Made by a program: the position numbers and the translations under genes. Below, piece after piece: positions 61,751 through 64,000 of a stretch of 64,000 bases of DNA; positions within the stretch are counted from its first letter, which is position 1, and each line of letters begins with the position of its first letter. Origin of the DNA: Lama glama (Eukaryota); NCBI GenBank assembly GCA_028534125.1, contig CM052816.1, positions 53,942,001-54,006,000 of the forward strand. Reading direction: 5' to 3'. Below the pieces are notes generated by a model. The model made no database searches. It was not told where the DNA came from and worked only from the letters and a program-made list of their open reading frames with translations.

Positions 61751-63009
61751 TCTACATTCTAGCTTCCAAGATTTTGTTTGCTTTTCTCCTCTGCCGTCAC
61801 CTCCTGTCTGGCTCTTGGCTTTTTTGGTTGGTGCCTTCTTTATTCCTTTTCCATCATTTGAAAGGGTCTTCAGTGAAGAGTATTGCATATATTTGATACA
61901 CCATGTGCAACTGGAAGTCTCCCTAGAAAATTTAGATTTGATTATTAATGCCTTTAGTCTGAGACCCATCTTGGCTAGGCAGGAACATGGACAATGATCA
62001 ACCTGGCTCATTCCCTGTTCTTAACAATCAGTCTTACTGATGTGTCTACAAACACAAAAATGTCCTTTGGCTCCTCATGTTTAGCATCACTAGTATAGAG
62101 ATCTACCAGATCTATCTGTGTTCGGACTACTCCAATCTTGAACAAGTGATATTCTAATACTTACTATATTTCCCAATTTTATGAAAAGGCTCATGTCAAC
62201 AGTTTGAATATTTTAAATCTGGTCTACTGCCTTTTCAGTTCTGTGCCTATTCATAGCTGAGTTGCACCTTACTAATCTGTGCAGTTGTATTTACATGAAT
62301 GTAATGCTATTTTGCATTGAATTATAAGGTGGCCTCATAACATTTATGAAGTCAGTGTCACTTAATGTCAATAGTGACAGGTGTATGGTATATGCCACCA
62401 GATTTGGCCCATGATAAAGAAGTTCTGTTACTGGCAATTGTGGCATGGTGGTAGAGATGTGGGGGCAGTGAGAGTGACCAGGGTGATAGTAGCAATTCAG
62501 AGGGGTTTTTTAATTAATTGAAGTCCCTTTATTTATTCATTATTCTTTAGCTCCTTGTTACATAATCTACAACATCCAGAATAAGCCATCATGAGTAAAG
62601 ATATATCCATGATTCTAGGCATCCACTTGTGGCCCTATGCTTCTAAGCGTTCTTACAGAGTCAGAGGTTAGGAAGATCAGATCATCTGTCTATGTGGTGT
62701 GACTGAGACAGGGCACAGCTATTTTTCATGGTGGTCTATCCACTCTACAGAAGGACCAGGTTTGACTCAGGTGACTGAAATTAGCAATTATACATTCATG
62801 ACCATGCCTATCTATAAATTGGTATCTCTGTTCCAAGGTATGGTATTGGAGGTTCCAAGGAACACAGAAGGAGAGATAGTCCTTGATTCTCCAGGAACTT
62901 ACCAACAGTACTAAGCAGTATAGGGTGAGCTTCCAATGGACGCGATGGGTTTAAAAGAGGGAAAATTTAGAATGGGTAGCAAAAGCTGCACTGGGACTTT
63001 TTTTTTTTT

Positions 63010-63180
63010 TTTGGCATTTTGTCTGTATCTCAGTCATAGCATTTATTACACAGCATAGTTATTTGCCTACTACATGGTGGTCTTTTCCATTAGGGTATGG
63101 TCCATTCATCTTTGTCTCCTCAGCAATTTTCACAGTGCTTGGCACCTTCAATAAATGTTTAATGAATGAAGAAACGAATT
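63010..63180 (+). mobile_element. L2 3' end
   Basis: cattcatctttgtctcctcagc...cacagtgcttggcac...caataaatgtttaatgaatgaa. Confidence 0.8.
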
Positions 63181-63239
63181 TAGAGAGAAGTAGGGATTAG
63201 ATCCCTACTAATCCCTACTCCTCTATGATCTAGAAAATA

Positions 63240-63655
63240 GGAAAGTAAAGTAGGAGAGTTTTCCTGGTAAAGGAACGTGAGGTTGGAATATACAGTGGGT
63301 GTTCTGAAACAGATCTCGCCGGACAGGTTCGGTGGGTGAGGAGGGGGAGGTAAGTTTGGACGTGGAGGCTAGAACCAGATTGTGGAAAGACTTGAAAACC
63401 GGTTTACAGAGTTTGAACTTTATCTTCTAAGGTGAGCTGTTGGCATATTTAGTGTAGGGGAGGGATTTGACAAAAGTAGGGCATTAGGAAGATTAACTTG
63501 TCAGCTACAAGTGAAGTGGTTGGAGAAGAGACTAAAGCCAAAGAGGATAGTTAGGAGGCTACTGCAATGGTCCACATGAGAAATGCTGATGTTCTGGATG
63601 GAATGATTGGTGGTAGGAAAGTAGAGGAAGAAACAGATGCAATGAAGGAAAACAT
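63240..63655 (-). mobile_element. L2 fragment
   Basis: gagtttgaactttatctt...tagttaggaggctactgcaatggtccacatgagaaatg. Confidence 0.8.
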
Positions 63656-64000
63656 ATAAGAATAATGTATTAAAATAAAAATTCCAGAAAACATTCTATG
63701 GATATATTAGATTAGGAGTTTTTGTTATCTCACCATTCCCAGCAGCTTTTATAGTATGAATACTTGTTCTGAGCATACATTTGACTGTAAATTAGAGAGA
63801 TGTTTAGGGGAGCTAGTAAATGAATGATTTGACCCAGTGTGTTCAGGGAAAGGGACCAAGAGCCAGGTTCCCATGGTGGGACTGCTGTCACTTTGCTCCC
63901 TTCAGTCTCTCCTCCTCTGCCTGAGAGCGAGCCTACAGACTGCAGAGAATTTGACTTCCTCAGGGGAACCAAGGGCTACACTTGATCATGAGGTGGGGCC

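Overview
This is mammalian, not microbial, genomic DNA. It is most likely camelid: two Vic-1-like tRNA-derived SINEs and cetartiodactyl-type L1 3' ends are present, and I saw no Bov-A/BovB, PRE1 or Alu elements. The window is mostly intergenic or intronic and rich in repeats: old L1M/HAL1, younger L1 3' ends, L2, MIR, CR1/L3 fossils, MaLR/ERVL/ERV1 solo LTRs, and hAT and Tigger DNA transposons. There is a 500-N assembly gap at 48332-48831. I recognise no known protein-coding gene, and none of the supplied ORFs is a convincing standalone gene. The most notable items are: (1) a CpG-rich promoter-like region at about 13950-14820 followed by splice-compatible segments (14272-14276, 14738-14801, 29050-29181) that join in frame into a candidate 66-aa microprotein or lncRNA with a poly(A) signal; (2) an intact solo LTR about 0.5 kb upstream carrying two octamers and four CCAAT boxes; (3) a 5'-truncated retrocopy of the CALM2 3' UTR; (4) readable CR1 reverse-transcriptase and hAT transposase fossils; (5) several repeat-free, motif-dense blocks that look like enhancers. 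Repeat family names come from recalled consensus similarity, not a search, and boundaries are approximate unless stated.
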